Shown piece by piece: positions 1 through 10,810 of a stretch of 64,000 nt of DNA. Location of the stretch: positions 160,001 to 224,000 of the forward strand of contig CAYOYV010000001.1 of the NCBI GenBank assembly GCA_964408285.1. Reading direction: 5' to 3'. A program made the position numbers and the translations under genes. Within the stretch, counting starts at the first letter, position 1; each line of letters begins with the position of its first letter. Origin of the DNA: an uncultured Nitrososphaerota archaeon (GTDB lineage Archaea > Thermoproteota > EX4484-205 > JAAOZO01). Under the pieces are notes generated by a model. The model did not search any database. It was given only the letters and a program-made list of their open reading frames with translations, and had not been told where the DNA came from.

Positions 1-927
1 TGTCCGTACATCAAGTGCCTTATCCAGCGAGCTGCACCCGAGTATCATATCGTTCCCAGCCTCGATTGCCTTCGTGCTGGCTTCCTCGATGTCGTACTCG
101 TCTGATACTGCTTTCATGCCCAAGCTGTCTGTTATGATCAATCCTTGGAAAGCCGCCCTGTTCCTCAAGATCCCAGAGACCACTTTCTCAGAGAGCGAAG
201 AGGGAAGGCCGGATGGATCCACGGAAGGGACAGCCACATGAGAGACCATGATACCATCGACATCGTGTTTGATAGCCGAGTAGAACGGTTTCATCTCAAC
301 CGACTCGAGCCTCTCTAAGCCATGCTCCACGATGGGTAGAGCTGAGTGCGAATCAATGCTGGTGTCTCCATGTCCGGGAAAATGCTTCGCCACCGATAGG
401 ATTTTCCCTTGCTTGAGGCCCTCAATGTACTTCGAGCCAAACTTCGTCACGAGCTCAGGATTCTCGCCGAAGGACCTAGTGCCGATGACCGGATTGTCTG
501 GGTTTGTGTTGATGTCGAGGACAGGAGCGAAGTTCATGTTCATTCCTATGGCCCTGAGTTCGATGGAGACTATCAGCGCGACCCTGAAAGCATTCAAAGG
601 ATCTCTCGTTGCACCAATCGCCATCATGCTTGGTATGTGGCTGGCCGGTCTGGGCAGTCTTATTACTTGGCCTCCTTCTTGGTCCACTGCTATAAAGGGT
701 CTTCTTCCTCTTCCGGATAGGACGATTGATGTCAATTCCTCACAAAAACTCCTAGCATTTCCCATATTGACCAGATTGTGGGAGAACAGCACGAATCCTC
801 CCGGTTTCAGTATCCCCACCAGTTCCCTTTCCTTTTCGGTGAGCTTTTCGTCCTGTACGGAGGCGAAAATAGTCTCACCTGCGAGATCCTCGATCTTCAT
901 GTCGTCCGTTTTCTCGATTCCAGTCAT
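1..927 (-). CDS. nagZ: GH3 beta-N-acetylhexosaminidase (NagZ-like), 3' end runs off the window
   Basis: Manual translation from ATG 927 gives in-frame IAVDQEGG, AKHFPGHGDTSIDSH (NagZ signature) and IITDSLGMKA. Confidence 0.88.
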   Translation of the reverse strand, partial: MTGIEKTDDMKIEDLAGETIFASVQDEKLTEKERELVGILKPGGFVLFSHNLVNMGNARSFCEELTSIVLSGRGRRPFIAVDQEGGQVIRLPRPASHIPSMMAIGATRDPLNAFRVALIVSIELRAIGMNMNFAPVLDINTNPDNPVIGTRSFGENPELVTKFGSKYIEGLKQGKILSVAKHFPGHGDTSIDSHSALPIVEHGLERLESVEMKPFYSAIKHDVDGIMVSHVAVPSVDPSGLPSSLSEKVVSGILRNRAAFQGLIITDSLGMKAVSDEYDIEEASTKAIEAGNDMILGCSSLDKALDVRT

Positions 928-931
928 CCTG

Positions 932-2002
932 TCAATGAGCCCTCTTGGACAGCTCTATCGCCAATTCAAAGAGGCGCCTTCTATATTCGTTTATGCTCTT
1001 CTCCCTTCTTTTCGGATGGACCGCGTTCGTGAGTAGAATGCATATCGCTTCGTTTTTTCTGTCAATCTCAATACAGGTACCAGTGAAGCCGGTGTGCCCA
1101 AAGGACTCTGGAGAGCAATTATCTGGAAAGATGCTGTCCGGCTTTCTTGTTACCCATCCGTACCCGTAGTGTCCTCCCACGCTCTCATTCATATTGGAGG
1201 TCATCAACAGCGCGCTATGCTCCTCCAAAAGCTTGACACCGTTGTGTTTTCCGAAATCGAACATCATCTGGGCAAATGCAAGCAAATCCATTGCAGTGCC
1301 GAACAACCCGGCATGGCCGCTTATTCCCCCCATTGCCCTTGCATTCTCATCGTGGACGATACCGACCAGAGGGCTCCCATCCTCAGAGAATTCCGTCGTT
1401 GCAGCCCTTGCCGCAAGCTCGGGAGAAGGGAGGTAACACGTTTCAGACATGCCAAGTCGGGAGAATATCATCTCATGCGACAGATGATTGAGCTCCCCGA
1501 GGAACAGCCTTTCGACCGCGGCTCCAAGAATCATGTAACCCAAATCGCTGTAGACTTCCGACTTCCTTGGTTCTGATTCGGGCCTTACTTGAAACAATCT
1601 CGCGAACATCTCTTCCTTTGAAGAGGCTGACTTGTACAACGGGAGCCACGAGGGCAAACCAGACCTATGAACCAACAGGTCCGATATTGTAACCGAGCCA
1701 AGCAGGCGAGCTTCAGGAAGGATCGAAGTAATTCTGTCTTCTTCGTGAAGCACCCCCTTCTCGATAGCCCTCATGATCAGCGTTGCAGTGACGATCGGCT
1801 TGGTTAGCGAAGCAAGATCGAACACACATCGTTCGTTCATTGGAAGCTTCTGAGGCACCAATTGCCTATGCCCGCCAGCCGACATCCACAGGATTCGATG
1901 TCGATTGGCAGCTAGACACACATAACCGGGGAAATCTCCGGCTTCAAGTCCAGATTGGCATGTTGCAGCGAGCCGCTCTCTGACGTTCGCAGGTGCTGAC
2001 AT
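932..2002 (-). CDS. Beta-lactamase-family serine hydrolase, AmiE-like
   Basis: FDLASLTK (SxxK), YSD, GHTGFTG and GIVHDENARAMGGISGHAGLF motifs; directly upstream of nagZ. Confidence 0.85.
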   Translation of the reverse strand: MSAPANVRERLAATCQSGLEAGDFPGYVCLAANRHRILWMSAGGHRQLVPQKLPMNERCVFDLASLTKPIVTATLIMRAIEKGVLHEEDRITSILPEARLLGSVTISDLLVHRSGLPSWLPLYKSASSKEEMFARLFQVRPESEPRKSEVYSDLGYMILGAAVERLFLGELNHLSHEMIFSRLGMSETCYLPSPELAARAATTEFSEDGSPLVGIVHDENARAMGGISGHAGLFGTAMDLLAFAQMMFDFGKHNGVKLLEEHSALLMTSNMNESVGGHYGYGWVTRKPDSIFPDNCSPESFGHTGFTGTCIEIDRKNEAICILLTNAVHPKRREKSINEYRRRLFELAIELSKRAH

Positions 2003-2135
2003 CAGGAGTTGCAGGAATCGGGGCTATTAGTATAAGCTTTTCTTCAATTCGTCACCATCTGGTTCTTTTCGACGGAAAATCTTCTATTGCAAGCGAAAGA
2101 GCAACGACATCCTGACCTAGCAGGTAGTCCCTTGG

Positions 2136-3929
2136 GTGCTTTACCCCAAGGATTTTATTTTACCGATAACGTCCGACATGGAGGAAATGCTGAGGCTGAG
2201 AATCACTTCATCAAAGAGTGGGTCCTTGGCGTACGCAATTCGAACGGTCAATGACCTTCTGTTGATGGGCATCGAGGTCAGACGTGTGACCATGGTCAGG
2301 GGATCTAGGGCTGTTTCGGTTGGGGATTTTCTGATCAGAGATGATCTGACTGGCCTGGATAGGTACCTCAAGGCTCGAGGTGCCAAGGGGGCGTTCAAAA
2401 TCACAAAGTGCGCCGTATCTGATCCCAACGTCTTTCCCCGTATCAGAACGCCGATAGTGGGCCTTTATTGCGGTGCTGGAGTCTCGCCGTCCTTTCTCGT
2501 AAGATTGGTGAAAGTTCTGAATGAGATGGGTTTTCTTCTGATTTCTTTCGCAAATTCTGACACACTAAGTGCATCTCTCGAGAATGTGGACGCTATGATC
2601 TTCCCAGCTGGTGACAGCACTGAGATGGCCATTTCGATTGGAGTAGAGAACGCAAAGGCAATAAGAGCATTTGTCGATAGGGGTGGCTCTTTCATCGGGA
2701 TCTGTGCTGGCGCCTTCCTGGGCATCAGACCGAAAGAGGGCAATATTGGCCCTACAAGTGATGATTTCAGGAAGGTCCAGGACGAGATAGCTGCAGTGGA
2801 GGGTGAGGTACTGAACGATGCGACAGAGCTTCCACCAGCTCTTGCATGGTCGTACAAGAAGCTCGATCGGATCTACAGGGTCTACCCTTTCGAAGGGCTC
2901 TTCAGATTCAGGACGAGAACTTCAAGGCATCCGATCTCCCTTGGATTGCCAAGAGAGATGCACCTATGGATGCAGGGGCCTATCATGGTATTGAAGGACA
3001 AAGAGGCGAGATCAATAGTGGAATTTCATGGACCGTTGGCAGATTCTGGCTTTGGGATTGATGCAGACTACGCAGTAGGGACATTTGGTCGTTTCTCCGC
3101 ATTGGCAACCAAAAAGGTCGGAAAAGGAAACTACATACTATCCTCGCCACATGTGGATTCCCCGAGGCATCCGGCCGGCTGGCTCTTACTCGCAAATTCG
3201 CTGTTCTATGCCACATTGGACTCGCCCCTGATGCTCCTTCCTCCTGCATCAGTGCCATTGTCAGCGAAGCAGTCTGCAGTACTTGCAGCGTCACTGATGG
3301 ATCAGTCAGAGGAACTCAACAGATCAACGCAGAGGCTTAGGAGATCATTTCTGAATCTGGTCCCAATATCCATGAATTCGGTCTCATCAAGGTTAGGAGA
3401 GGACCTTATCGACATACAGAATTGCCTTCCAATGCTCTCGAGAATCTGTGCGAGCATATGCACGAATACGCTCTCCATTATTCATGAAGGTTTGAAGCTC
3501 GACAAACTGAGGGAATCCGCCATAAATGGCAACATTTCTCAGTCTGAATATGCTGAGAAGATCGATTGGCTAGGGGGTGTTCTTTCTAAAGTTATGGTGG
3601 AGAAGGAACAAATGCTTGTGACTGCCGGTAGGGCCATGCCAGCGCTTACGATGATGTCATTGAAACTGGAGAAGGAATCGGCTGAGGTATTCTCGAAGAT
3701 CACCAAAGGAGAACCACGGGACTTCTATGACCAGATCGCGGCTTTGATCAGACAAGTCATAGGGGACAAGTACTTCTACATACCTTGGTACGACGGCAAG
3801 AGCGGGATTGTCAAGGTGGAGGAGAAGAGCAAAGACGAGGGAATTATTCCGCCCTTGCTCGGGATCTACGTCAAAACCCAGTATATCCGTAGATTATCTG
3901 AATCCACAAGAACTCTCGCTGTGAGTTAA
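2136..3929 (+). CDS. BPL_N / class I glutamine amidotransferase-like domain protein with helical C-terminal extension
   Basis: VGLYCGAG, IFPAGDS, GGSFIGICAGAFLG nucleophile elbow, SPHVD. Confidence 0.7.
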   Translation: MLYPKDFILPITSDMEEMLRLRITSSKSGSLAYAIRTVNDLLLMGIEVRRVTMVRGSRAVSVGDFLIRDDLTGLDRYLKARGAKGAFKITKCAVSDPNVFPRIRTPIVGLYCGAGVSPSFLVRLVKVLNEMGFLLISFANSDTLSASLENVDAMIFPAGDSTEMAISIGVENAKAIRAFVDRGGSFIGICAGAFLGIRPKEGNIGPTSDDFRKVQDEIAAVEGEVLNDATELPPALAWSYKKLDRIYRVYPFEGLFRFRTRTSRHPISLGLPREMHLWMQGPIMVLKDKEARSIVEFHGPLADSGFGIDADYAVGTFGRFSALATKKVGKGNYILSSPHVDSPRHPAGWLLLANSLFYATLDSPLMLLPPASVPLSAKQSAVLAASLMDQSEELNRSTQRLRRSFLNLVPISMNSVSSRLGEDLIDIQNCLPMLSRICASICTNTLSIIHEGLKLDKLRESAINGNISQSEYAEKIDWLGGVLSKVMVEKEQMLVTAGRAMPALTMMSLKLEKESAEVFSKITKGEPRDFYDQIAALIRQVIGDKYFYIPWYDGKSGIVKVEEKSKDEGIIPPLLGIYVKTQYIRRLSESTRTLAVS

Positions 3930-3985
3930 GGGCAGCAATTTCCACCGAAAAGGCTTAATTCCCTTCCTCCAATGTTATTCGAAGG

Positions 3986-4909
3986 ATGTCGGAAGTAGTG
4001 CAGCTGACCGAAGATCTAATTCCCAGGGTCACCAGGCTTGTCAATTCCGTATATCTATACGACTCTATAAACGATTGGTCAATTGTCAGGTCAAGCTTCC
4101 TTGATCCCAACTTTGATCCGGCCTTGACATATGTCGGCATCGAGGACGGAGTCCCTAGGGGCGTAGTCGTCGGAGCAGCAAGAACAAAGGAACCAAAGGA
4201 ACTAGTCAGCGCAGAGCATTCCTGGCTGAAGATGATAGCCGTCACTCCAGACTTCCTTGAAAGAGGTCTCGGGGATGAGCTCCTTGACAAGGCAGAGGCA
4301 AGCCTAAGAGACATGGGATTCAAGGACATAAGAGCCACGGATTTCGCTGGTTGGCAGATTTTCCCCGGTATAAACGTGAAATCAGAAGTAATGCTTCAAT
4401 TCCTCCTCAGGAAGGGATACAAGAAGGCATCTGAGACTGCAAACTATACCGTCGACCTAGGCGGATTTAGGATCCCGAGAATGGCTCGCGACATCGAGCA
4501 AGCTCTTAGAGAAAATGGGCTATCCTTCAGAATACCCAACACGGAGGAGAAGGAGAAGATCGCTGCTTGGGTGATTGAGAATTTTGGTCCCATATACAGC
4601 TATGAGGTTACGATGGCATTCCGCCACATAGTGCCGGGGATGATCTTGGCTGAAAAGGAGAACGATTCGGTTGGATTCTGCACTATGAGTGCTCTTGAAC
4701 TAGACTGGTTGGGACCCTTGGGAGTTATAGACCAGGAAAGGAAAAATGAAATAGGTACAGTTCTGCTCCATAGAGCCCTTTGGGAAATGAAGCTAAGGGG
4801 ACAAAGGACGGCATCAATAACATCCGAATCCTCCCTTTCGTCATTCTCGCTTTTTCCTAATGTGGCAAATGTCAACAAGTACTGGATACTGCACAAGAAG
4901 ATATCCTAG
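3986..4909 (+). CDS. Tandem GNAT N-acetyltransferase (GlmA-like)
   Basis: Two acetyl-CoA motifs (AVTPDFLERGLG; GPLGVIDQERKNEIG) and IFPGI. Confidence 0.8.
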   Translation: MSEVVQLTEDLIPRVTRLVNSVYLYDSINDWSIVRSSFLDPNFDPALTYVGIEDGVPRGVVVGAARTKEPKELVSAEHSWLKMIAVTPDFLERGLGDELLDKAEASLRDMGFKDIRATDFAGWQIFPGINVKSEVMLQFLLRKGYKKASETANYTVDLGGFRIPRMARDIEQALRENGLSFRIPNTEEKEKIAAWVIENFGPIYSYEVTMAFRHIVPGMILAEKENDSVGFCTMSALELDWLGPLGVIDQERKNEIGTVLLHRALWEMKLRGQRTASITSESSLSSFSLFPNVANVNKYWILHKKIS

Positions 4910-5925
4910 TCGCTGCGTATCCTGACAGTCCTTCGCTTTCTAGCTGATTCATATGCACTGAGGGCAACCGCTAGCGACAGGGATCCCTCCTTTCCTCCGG
5001 GGTAATTTGCATTCTTCCCCGTGATTGCGTCAACGAAGCACCTCATCTCATTCTGGTATGGGCTTCCCCAGTGAGCATCGACCTCATTCCAACCCTTGGG
5101 ATATTTGCCCCTTTTCTCCTTGACATAGAGGAAGACAGTATCTCTGCCATAGTCCACGAGCATCGATCCATCAGTTCCATAGATCTCGATGCCGCCTATG
5201 TATGACTGGGATGTCCAGCTCACGTCTATGGTTCCGATTATTCCTTCATCTGTTCTGAAGAGCAGAGTTGCGTTGTCCTCAACTTCTATAGGCTTTATCA
5301 ACGTGCCAACATAGGCATGTAGATGTTCGATCTTTCCGAAGAGGCTCATCACCAGGTCCAAGGCGTGGATTCCCATATCTAGCAAAGCACCTCCTGCCGC
5401 CTTCTTCTTGTCAAAGAACCAGTCTGAGACAGCGGGCCAAGAAACGTATGGCCCTTCGTGCGCAAACCTGACCCTTGTACTGAAGATTCGACCGAGGATG
5501 CTCTGGCCAATGACCTCCTCGATCAATGTGTAGAATCCGGTGTATCTGTGTGTGAATCCGACCATCAGCACCTTCCTCTGCTTTCGTGCGAAATTCTGCA
5601 TTCTTCTGGCATCCACCATGTTGGTTGCCATTGGCTTCTCACACAGAACATGCTTCCCAGCCTTCAGCGCGTCAATTGCCATTCTCGCGTGCAGGTAATT
5701 CGGGGTGCAAATCACGACTGCATCGACGTCTCTCAAGCGGATCGCATCGTTGTAGTCAGAAAAGAATAGGCATGATCCCATACTCGAGGCTGCATGTCTT
5801 GCCCTCTCCAGATCAATGTCCGCAACGGCCTTGAGCTCAAGCTCTGGCATTTTCATTATGCTGGGAAGATGAGCATTAGTGGCTATCGCGCCCGCTCCAA
5901 TGACAACTACACCGAACTTAGCCAT
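4906..5925 (-). CDS. Gfo/Idh/MocA family oxidoreductase
   Basis: IGAGAIA Rossmann motif, HVLCEKPMA, GGALLDMGIH. Confidence 0.92.
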   Translation of the reverse strand: MAKFGVVVIGAGAIATNAHLPSIMKMPELELKAVADIDLERARHAASSMGSCLFFSDYNDAIRLRDVDAVVICTPNYLHARMAIDALKAGKHVLCEKPMATNMVDARRMQNFARKQRKVLMVGFTHRYTGFYTLIEEVIGQSILGRIFSTRVRFAHEGPYVSWPAVSDWFFDKKKAAGGALLDMGIHALDLVMSLFGKIEHLHAYVGTLIKPIEVEDNATLLFRTDEGIIGTIDVSWTSQSYIGGIEIYGTDGSMLVDYGRDTVFLYVKEKRGKYPKGWNEVDAHWGSPYQNEMRCFVDAITGKNANYPGGKEGSLSLAVALSAYESARKRRTVRIRSD

Positions 5926-5978
5926 GTGCGGTCGAAGGCTGAAAACGATTTAAAACTTCAATCCAATGGACGAATCCA

Positions 5979-7328
5979 ATGCAGAGAGATCTTATAGTCA
6001 CCTCATCGGGACTAAGGATTAGGGATTCCATCGAGTCCACGAGGGAATTGTTCCATGGCCTGGGAGTGGCCCTTGCTCGAAAATGCGGCGGGGAATTCAT
6101 TGTAGGCACGGATCCACGACCTTCGTCCCTTGGTGCACTTGGGGGATTCATATCTGGAATTGAGGAAGGAGGAGGGATATGCGGTTTCTTGGGAATCTGT
6201 CCCGTGTCGGCTGTGTCATATCTCGTATCTCGGAAACCAAGACTACATGGGGCGATGGTGACTGCTTCGCACAACCCTCCTGAATGGACCGGACTGAAGG
6301 TCTTCAGTGGAGACGGTATCATATGGGAAGAGCGCGCTCTGGAAGACCTAATTCGAGAGGCGACAGCATATCCGGCAACGCCCAATTGGAGAGTTCCAAG
6401 CCCTGACGAAGCCAGCCTGAAGGAATATGTGCATTGCGCAGCAGGAGAGCTGATAGCTCTTGGGGTTTCCGGGGATGGTCTTAGGATTGTTGTGGATACG
6501 GGCAATGGCTCTCTCTCCGGGATCTCCAGAACCTTCCTCGAATCGCTCGGAGCCGAGGTCAAGGAGATAAACGCAGAGACTGATGGGCTTTTCAGAAGAC
6601 CAATCGAACCGCTTCCGGAGAATCTTAGTATGCTCAGACGTGAGGTCCTAAGTGAGAAAGCGGACTTCGGCATTGCTCATGATGCGGATGGAAACAGGGC
6701 CGCCCTAGTAGACGAAAGAGGCAATGTGCTAAGGGAGGACATGACTCTCGCGGCCAGCCTACTTGTGCTGCTGGAGAAGGTGAAGTCTCCCTTGGTAGTG
6801 AATTTTGCGTCATCGTCCCTGTTCGAGAGTCTTGCATTGAAGAAAGAGGCTCATATCTTCTTCTCCGAAGTTGGAGAGAGAAATGTCTTGCTCAAGATGA
6901 GAGAAGTCGGTTCGATTGTAGGAGGCGAAGGCAGTTGCGGCGGAGTAGTCTACACCAAGGTTTCACATACCAGGGATGGTCTTCTGGCGTCTGGGCTGGT
7001 GGCTCACCTTGTCAAAGAAGAGGGTTTCCTCTCGAAGGCTTTGTCAGACTATCTGGATTTCTTCGTCTCGAAGATGGCTTTTGAATACGATCCAAGCGCC
7101 CTTCCATTCGCAGAATTGGTTAGATCGCTTAAGGACCAGATGCCCGGCATAAGGTATGTAGAAATGGGAGACGTGAAATTCATTGAGGAAAGCGGCTGGG
7201 TATTGATTAGGGCTTCCAGAACCCAACCGGTGCTGAGAATTGTTGCAGAGGCACGTGACCAGAGGATAGCTGATCGCCTTCTGCTCCGCTACGCTTCTCT
7301 GATAAGAAAACAGCTGAAGGCAGACTAG
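5979..7328 (+). CDS. Phosphoglucomutase/phosphoglucosamine mutase family
   Basis: TASHNPPEW phosphoserine motif, DADGNR metal loop, GGEGS, IRASRTQP. Confidence 0.9.
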   Translation: MQRDLIVTSSGLRIRDSIESTRELFHGLGVALARKCGGEFIVGTDPRPSSLGALGGFISGIEEGGGICGFLGICPVSAVSYLVSRKPRLHGAMVTASHNPPEWTGLKVFSGDGIIWEERALEDLIREATAYPATPNWRVPSPDEASLKEYVHCAAGELIALGVSGDGLRIVVDTGNGSLSGISRTFLESLGAEVKEINAETDGLFRRPIEPLPENLSMLRREVLSEKADFGIAHDADGNRAALVDERGNVLREDMTLAASLLVLLEKVKSPLVVNFASSSLFESLALKKEAHIFFSEVGERNVLLKMREVGSIVGGEGSCGGVVYTKVSHTRDGLLASGLVAHLVKEEGFLSKALSDYLDFFVSKMAFEYDPSALPFAELVRSLKDQMPGIRYVEMGDVKFIEESGWVLIRASRTQPVLRIVAEARDQRIADRLLLRYASLIRKQLKAD

Positions 7329-7771
7329 ATGCCCATGGTCTCGGACATGGCCTTGAGAAGCTCGATCCTTCGTCTAGCCAGAGCCCTTCGAGATGCCTCG
7401 AGGTCCTCTATTCGCTGCTCAGTCAAGGTGAGTTCATCAAGAAGAGCTCTTTTCCTCGGCTTCCAGGATCTTCTTGGTCTCCCAATCCTTTTCTCTTTCA
7501 CCTCTCCCCTTATCCCACTAGGGTCTATGTCAAGAACGACTCTGACGCCCTTCGCCAGAGAGTAATACTTGCGCCTCGATCGACGGTCCTTCCATGACTC
7601 CAGAAATCCAGAATCTTCAAGTAGCTTGAGATGCCGAATCACTGCTTGGGGATTTGCATCTAGCTCTTTGACTAGATCCAAGAGATAGCTGGGCCCGTCA
7701 CAAACCCGTTCTATTATCCTCATCCTTGTCTGATTGGCAAGAACACCAAGCATCTCACCAATCTGAGCCAT
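7325..7771 (-). CDS. ArsR-family winged-helix regulator (HSR1-like)
   Basis: LANQTRMRII...PQAVIRHLKLLEDSG...RRKYY plus C-terminal coiled coil; divergent from cdc48. Confidence 0.85.
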   Translation of the reverse strand: MAQIGEMLGVLANQTRMRIIERVCDGPSYLLDLVKELDANPQAVIRHLKLLEDSGFLESWKDRRSRRKYYSLAKGVRVVLDIDPSGIRGEVKEKRIGRPRRSWKPRKRALLDELTLTEQRIEDLEASRRALARRRIELLKAMSETMGI

Positions 7772-7785
7772 GGGAGATTGCCGGC

Positions 7786-7810
7786 GTGAGAATATTTAAA
7801 TATTACTCAC
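7786..7810. promoter_or_regulatory. Near-perfect palindrome overlapping the TATA box (putative operator)
   Basis: GTGAG-AATATTTAAATATT-A-CTCAC; the 14-bp core is self-complementary and the palindrome begins about 15 nt upstream of the ArsR start. Confidence 0.55.
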
Positions 7811-8048
7811 TAATAATGATTCACATCGTGTGACTGAAGATGGATACTCTGTTGGATCAGAATGACACTTGTGACTGGCCGAGGTTGATATCTGAACGAA
7901 TGGGTGGGGCGATTAGCGGGAGCACCGGAGTTCGTTGCGAGGAAGACTTCACGGTCACTACGGAGATGGCGAAAACAAGAAAGTAGAATTTAAAAGTGGG
8001 GAGAGGCTAAGGTGTTCGATATTTCGGAGAGGAGGCGTTGAGAGGGGA

Positions 8049-10310
8049 TTGAGCAGGGAACCACCGGGTTCTGAAAGAGAACAGAAAAAGCAGAATAACA
8101 GCTATCTTCGCGTAGCGGAGGCTCTGTCAACCGACGTCGGAAGAGGAATCGCAAGGGTCGATCCAGAGCTCGTCGAGCAATTGAGTCTTCAGACAGGCGA
8201 TGCAATAGAGATAATGGGGAAGAAAAGAACATTCGCTTTGATCTGGCCGGCCCATCCAAGGGATACGGGCAGGGGCCTCATAAGGATAGACGGATACACC
8301 AGAGAGAATGCAGGTGTCAGCATAGATGATAGGGTCAAGGTCAGAAAGATCACTGCCAAATATTCAGAGACACTCAAGCTTGCGCCAACAGAACCCCTGA
8401 AAATCATGGGAGGAGAAGAGTATGTGAAGAATCAGCTAATAGGGAGAATCGTATCGAAGAGGGATGTACTTCCGGTTAGGATTATGAGCAGACCCATAAA
8501 CCTGATAGTGACTGGATTCACGCCTGCGGCGGACGCGGTTATCATAAATGATTACACGCAAGTCATGATCAGCGAGAGACCTCAGCCTCCGCCAAGAGAC
8601 ATAGAGCGCATCACTTACGAAGATATCGGAGGGCTGGACTATGCGATCCAGAAGATCAGGGAGATGGTGGAGCTGCCTTTGAGGCACCCCGAGCTTTTCG
8701 AGAAGCTGGGCATCGAAGCTCCGAAGGGCGTTCTCCTCCATGGTCCGCCAGGCACAGGCAAGACTCTACTGGCAAAGGCAGTTGCCAACGAGACGAATGC
8801 AAACTTCATGAGTATAAGCGGACCTGAAATAATGAGCAAGTACTACGGAGAAAGCGAGCAGCGCCTAAGGGAGATCTTCAAGGAGGCCCAAGACAACGCT
8901 CCTAGCATTATCTTCATTGATGAGATCGATTCGATCGCTCCAAAGAGAGAAGAAGTGACTGGAGAAGTTGAGAAAAGGGTGGTTGCACAGCTACTTTCCT
9001 TGATGGACGGGCTCAAGTCCAGGGGGAGGGTAGTCGTGATTGGAGCGACGAATAGGGTCAATGCAGTCGATCCTGCCCTTAGGAGACCAGGCAGATTTGA
9101 CAGGGAGATAGAGATAGGTGTTCCCGATAAGGCGGCCAGGCTGGAGATTTTGCAGATCCACTGTAGAGGCATGCCTTTGCTTGAGGACGTAGATCTGAAG
9201 AGCCTGTCCGACGTTACCCATGGATTTGTGGGAGCGGATCTGTCTGCTCTCGCAAAGGAGGCCGCCCTGAGATCGCTGAGAAGGTTGCTTCCTCAGATCG
9301 ATCTGGAGGCAGAGGAAATCCCAATGGAGATCCTGAACAGCATTAAGGTGACAATGCAGGATTTCAAAGATGCCCTCAAGGAAGTCGAGCCGTCAGCGAT
9401 GAGGGAGGTCATGATCGAAACTCCAAACGTTCATTGGGAAGACATAGGAGGCCTTGAGGAAGTGAAGAGAGAGCTCAACATGTCGATAGAATGGCCATTT
9501 AAATACCCTGATCTCTTCTCTCATATGGGGATTAAGCAACCAAAAGGGATTCTGCTCTACGGACCTCCCGGAACGGGAAAGACATTGCTGGCAAAAGCAT
9601 TGGCAGCCGAATCAGAGGCCAACTTCATATCTGTGAAAGGACCCGAACTCATGTCAAAGTGGGTAGGTGAGAGCGAGAAGGGGATTAGGGAGATATTCAG
9701 GAAAGCCAGACAAGCTGCACCCTGCATAATTTTCTTTGACGAAATGGACGCGATAGCCCCAGTCAGAGGGGCTTCGATCGGCGATTCAATGGTAACAGAA
9801 CGGATGATAAGCCAACTATTGACGGAAATGGACGGACTTGAGGAACTAAGGGATGTCGTTGTGGTCGGAGCCACAAACAGACCGGATATGCTGGATCCAG
9901 CCCTGCTTAGGGCTGGCCGTTTCGACAAACTAGTCAAGCTTGCATGGCCCGATGCTGAAGCCAGAGGGCCAATTTTCGAGGTCCACTTCAGGGGAAAGCC
10001 CATAGGGCCAGACATGAACGTATCCGAACTTGTTGATCTCACCGAGGGATTCACCGGTGCAGACATTGCATACGTGATGAACGAGGCTGGATTCTTGGCG
10101 TTAAAGGAGGCAATACACTCAATGAATGGAGGGGAGCAACTCACGGTCACGATCCAGAAAGCTATGATATATATGAGGCATTTGGTGGAGGCAATCAGCA
10201 AAGTGAGAGTACCCTCGAAGGAAGAAAGAGCCGTATATGACCAGGCAATGGAACGATTCTCAAGATCAGGGAAGTCTGAGCTGGGCGCTCTGCAACGTCT
10301 GGTGACCTAG
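8049..10310 (+). CDS. cdc48: CDC48/VCP AAA+ ATPase
   Basis: N-domain ([10 protein letters not shown]), two GPPGTGKT Walker A motifs, [26 protein letters not shown]; start taken at TTG 8049 (uncertain). Confidence 0.96.
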   Translation: MSREPPGSEREQKKQNNSYLRVAEALSTDVGRGIARVDPELVEQLSLQTGDAIEIMGKKRTFALIWPAHPRDTGRGLIRIDGYTRENAGVSIDDRVKVRKITAKYSETLKLAPTEPLKIMGGEEYVKNQLIGRIVSKRDVLPVRIMSRPINLIVTGFTPAADAVIINDYTQVMISERPQPPPRDIERITYEDIGGLDYAIQKIREMVELPLRHPELFEKLGIEAPKGVLLHGPPGTGKTLLAKAVANETNANFMSISGPEIMSKYYGESEQRLREIFKEAQDNAPSIIFIDEIDSIAPKREEVTGEVEKRVVAQLLSLMDGLKSRGRVVVIGATNRVNAVDPALRRPGRFDREIEIGVPDKAARLEILQIHCRGMPLLEDVDLKSLSDVTHGFVGADLSALAKEAALRSLRRLLPQIDLEAEEIPMEILNSIKVTMQDFKDALKEVEPSAMREVMIETPNVHWEDIGGLEEVKRELNMSIEWPFKYPDLFSHMGIKQPKGILLYGPPGTGKTLLAKALAAESEANFISVKGPELMSKWVGESEKGIREIFRKARQAAPCIIFFDEMDAIAPVRGASIGDSMVTERMISQLLTEMDGLEELRDVVVVGATNRPDMLDPALLRAGRFDKLVKLAWPDAEARGPIFEVHFRGKPIGPDMNVSELVDLTEGFTGADIAYVMNEAGFLALKEAIHSMNGGEQLTVTIQKAMIYMRHLVEAISKVRVPSKEERAVYDQAMERFSRSGKSELGALQRLVT

Positions 10311-10409
10311 ACCAGAGAACCCTGGCTTACATCTGCTATTAGGGAGCTCTAAAGAGAAACTGTCAGATGGGAACTAGATAGCGAATCTGCCAGAGGCTTC
10401 TCTTCCAAG

Positions 10410-10688
10410 CTAGACGGAATTCTCCAATTGAGCTATCGGTTCCAGAAGGTTGACATAGAGGATGTTGTTGCCTCTAATTATGACATGACCTAAGTTGCTG
10501 ATTTGCTTGTCTCCGTCATATTCCACAGCATCGGTCAAGATCAGGTTCATCTGCATATCAATTTTGTCTAGGACTCCGGAATAGGAAAGGTCGCTCTTTA
10601 GCTTGACATAGATATGCTTGCCGATTAATTTCTTCAGGACCTGCAGTGGCTTCTTGTTGAGAGCTTCTTTTGTCCTGTCCGCGTCCAA
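10410..10688 (-). CDS. Sm-like (Lsm/SmAP) protein
   Basis: KPLQVL...GVLDKIDMQMNLILTDA...IIRGNNILYV Sm1/Sm2 motifs. Confidence 0.92.
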   Translation of the reverse strand: MDADRTKEALNKKPLQVLKKLIGKHIYVKLKSDLSYSGVLDKIDMQMNLILTDAVEYDGDKQISNLGHVIIRGNNILYVNLLEPIAQLENSV

Positions 10689-10810
10689 CTCTGCGTTTTG
10701 CGGGGAATCGTAGCAGTATTAAACGTTTTGCGCGCGGATACCTTCATCTCGGCCCATTTTGGAAAGCATACTCTTTTATACCGATTATCAGGGCCTTCGG
10801 CCGAAAAAGA

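Noticed and set aside
7815-7895. Possible C/D box sRNA (ATGAT...CTGA motifs)
   Set aside because: C and C' boxes are poor matches to RUGAUGA and no recognisable rRNA/tRNA guide is present.
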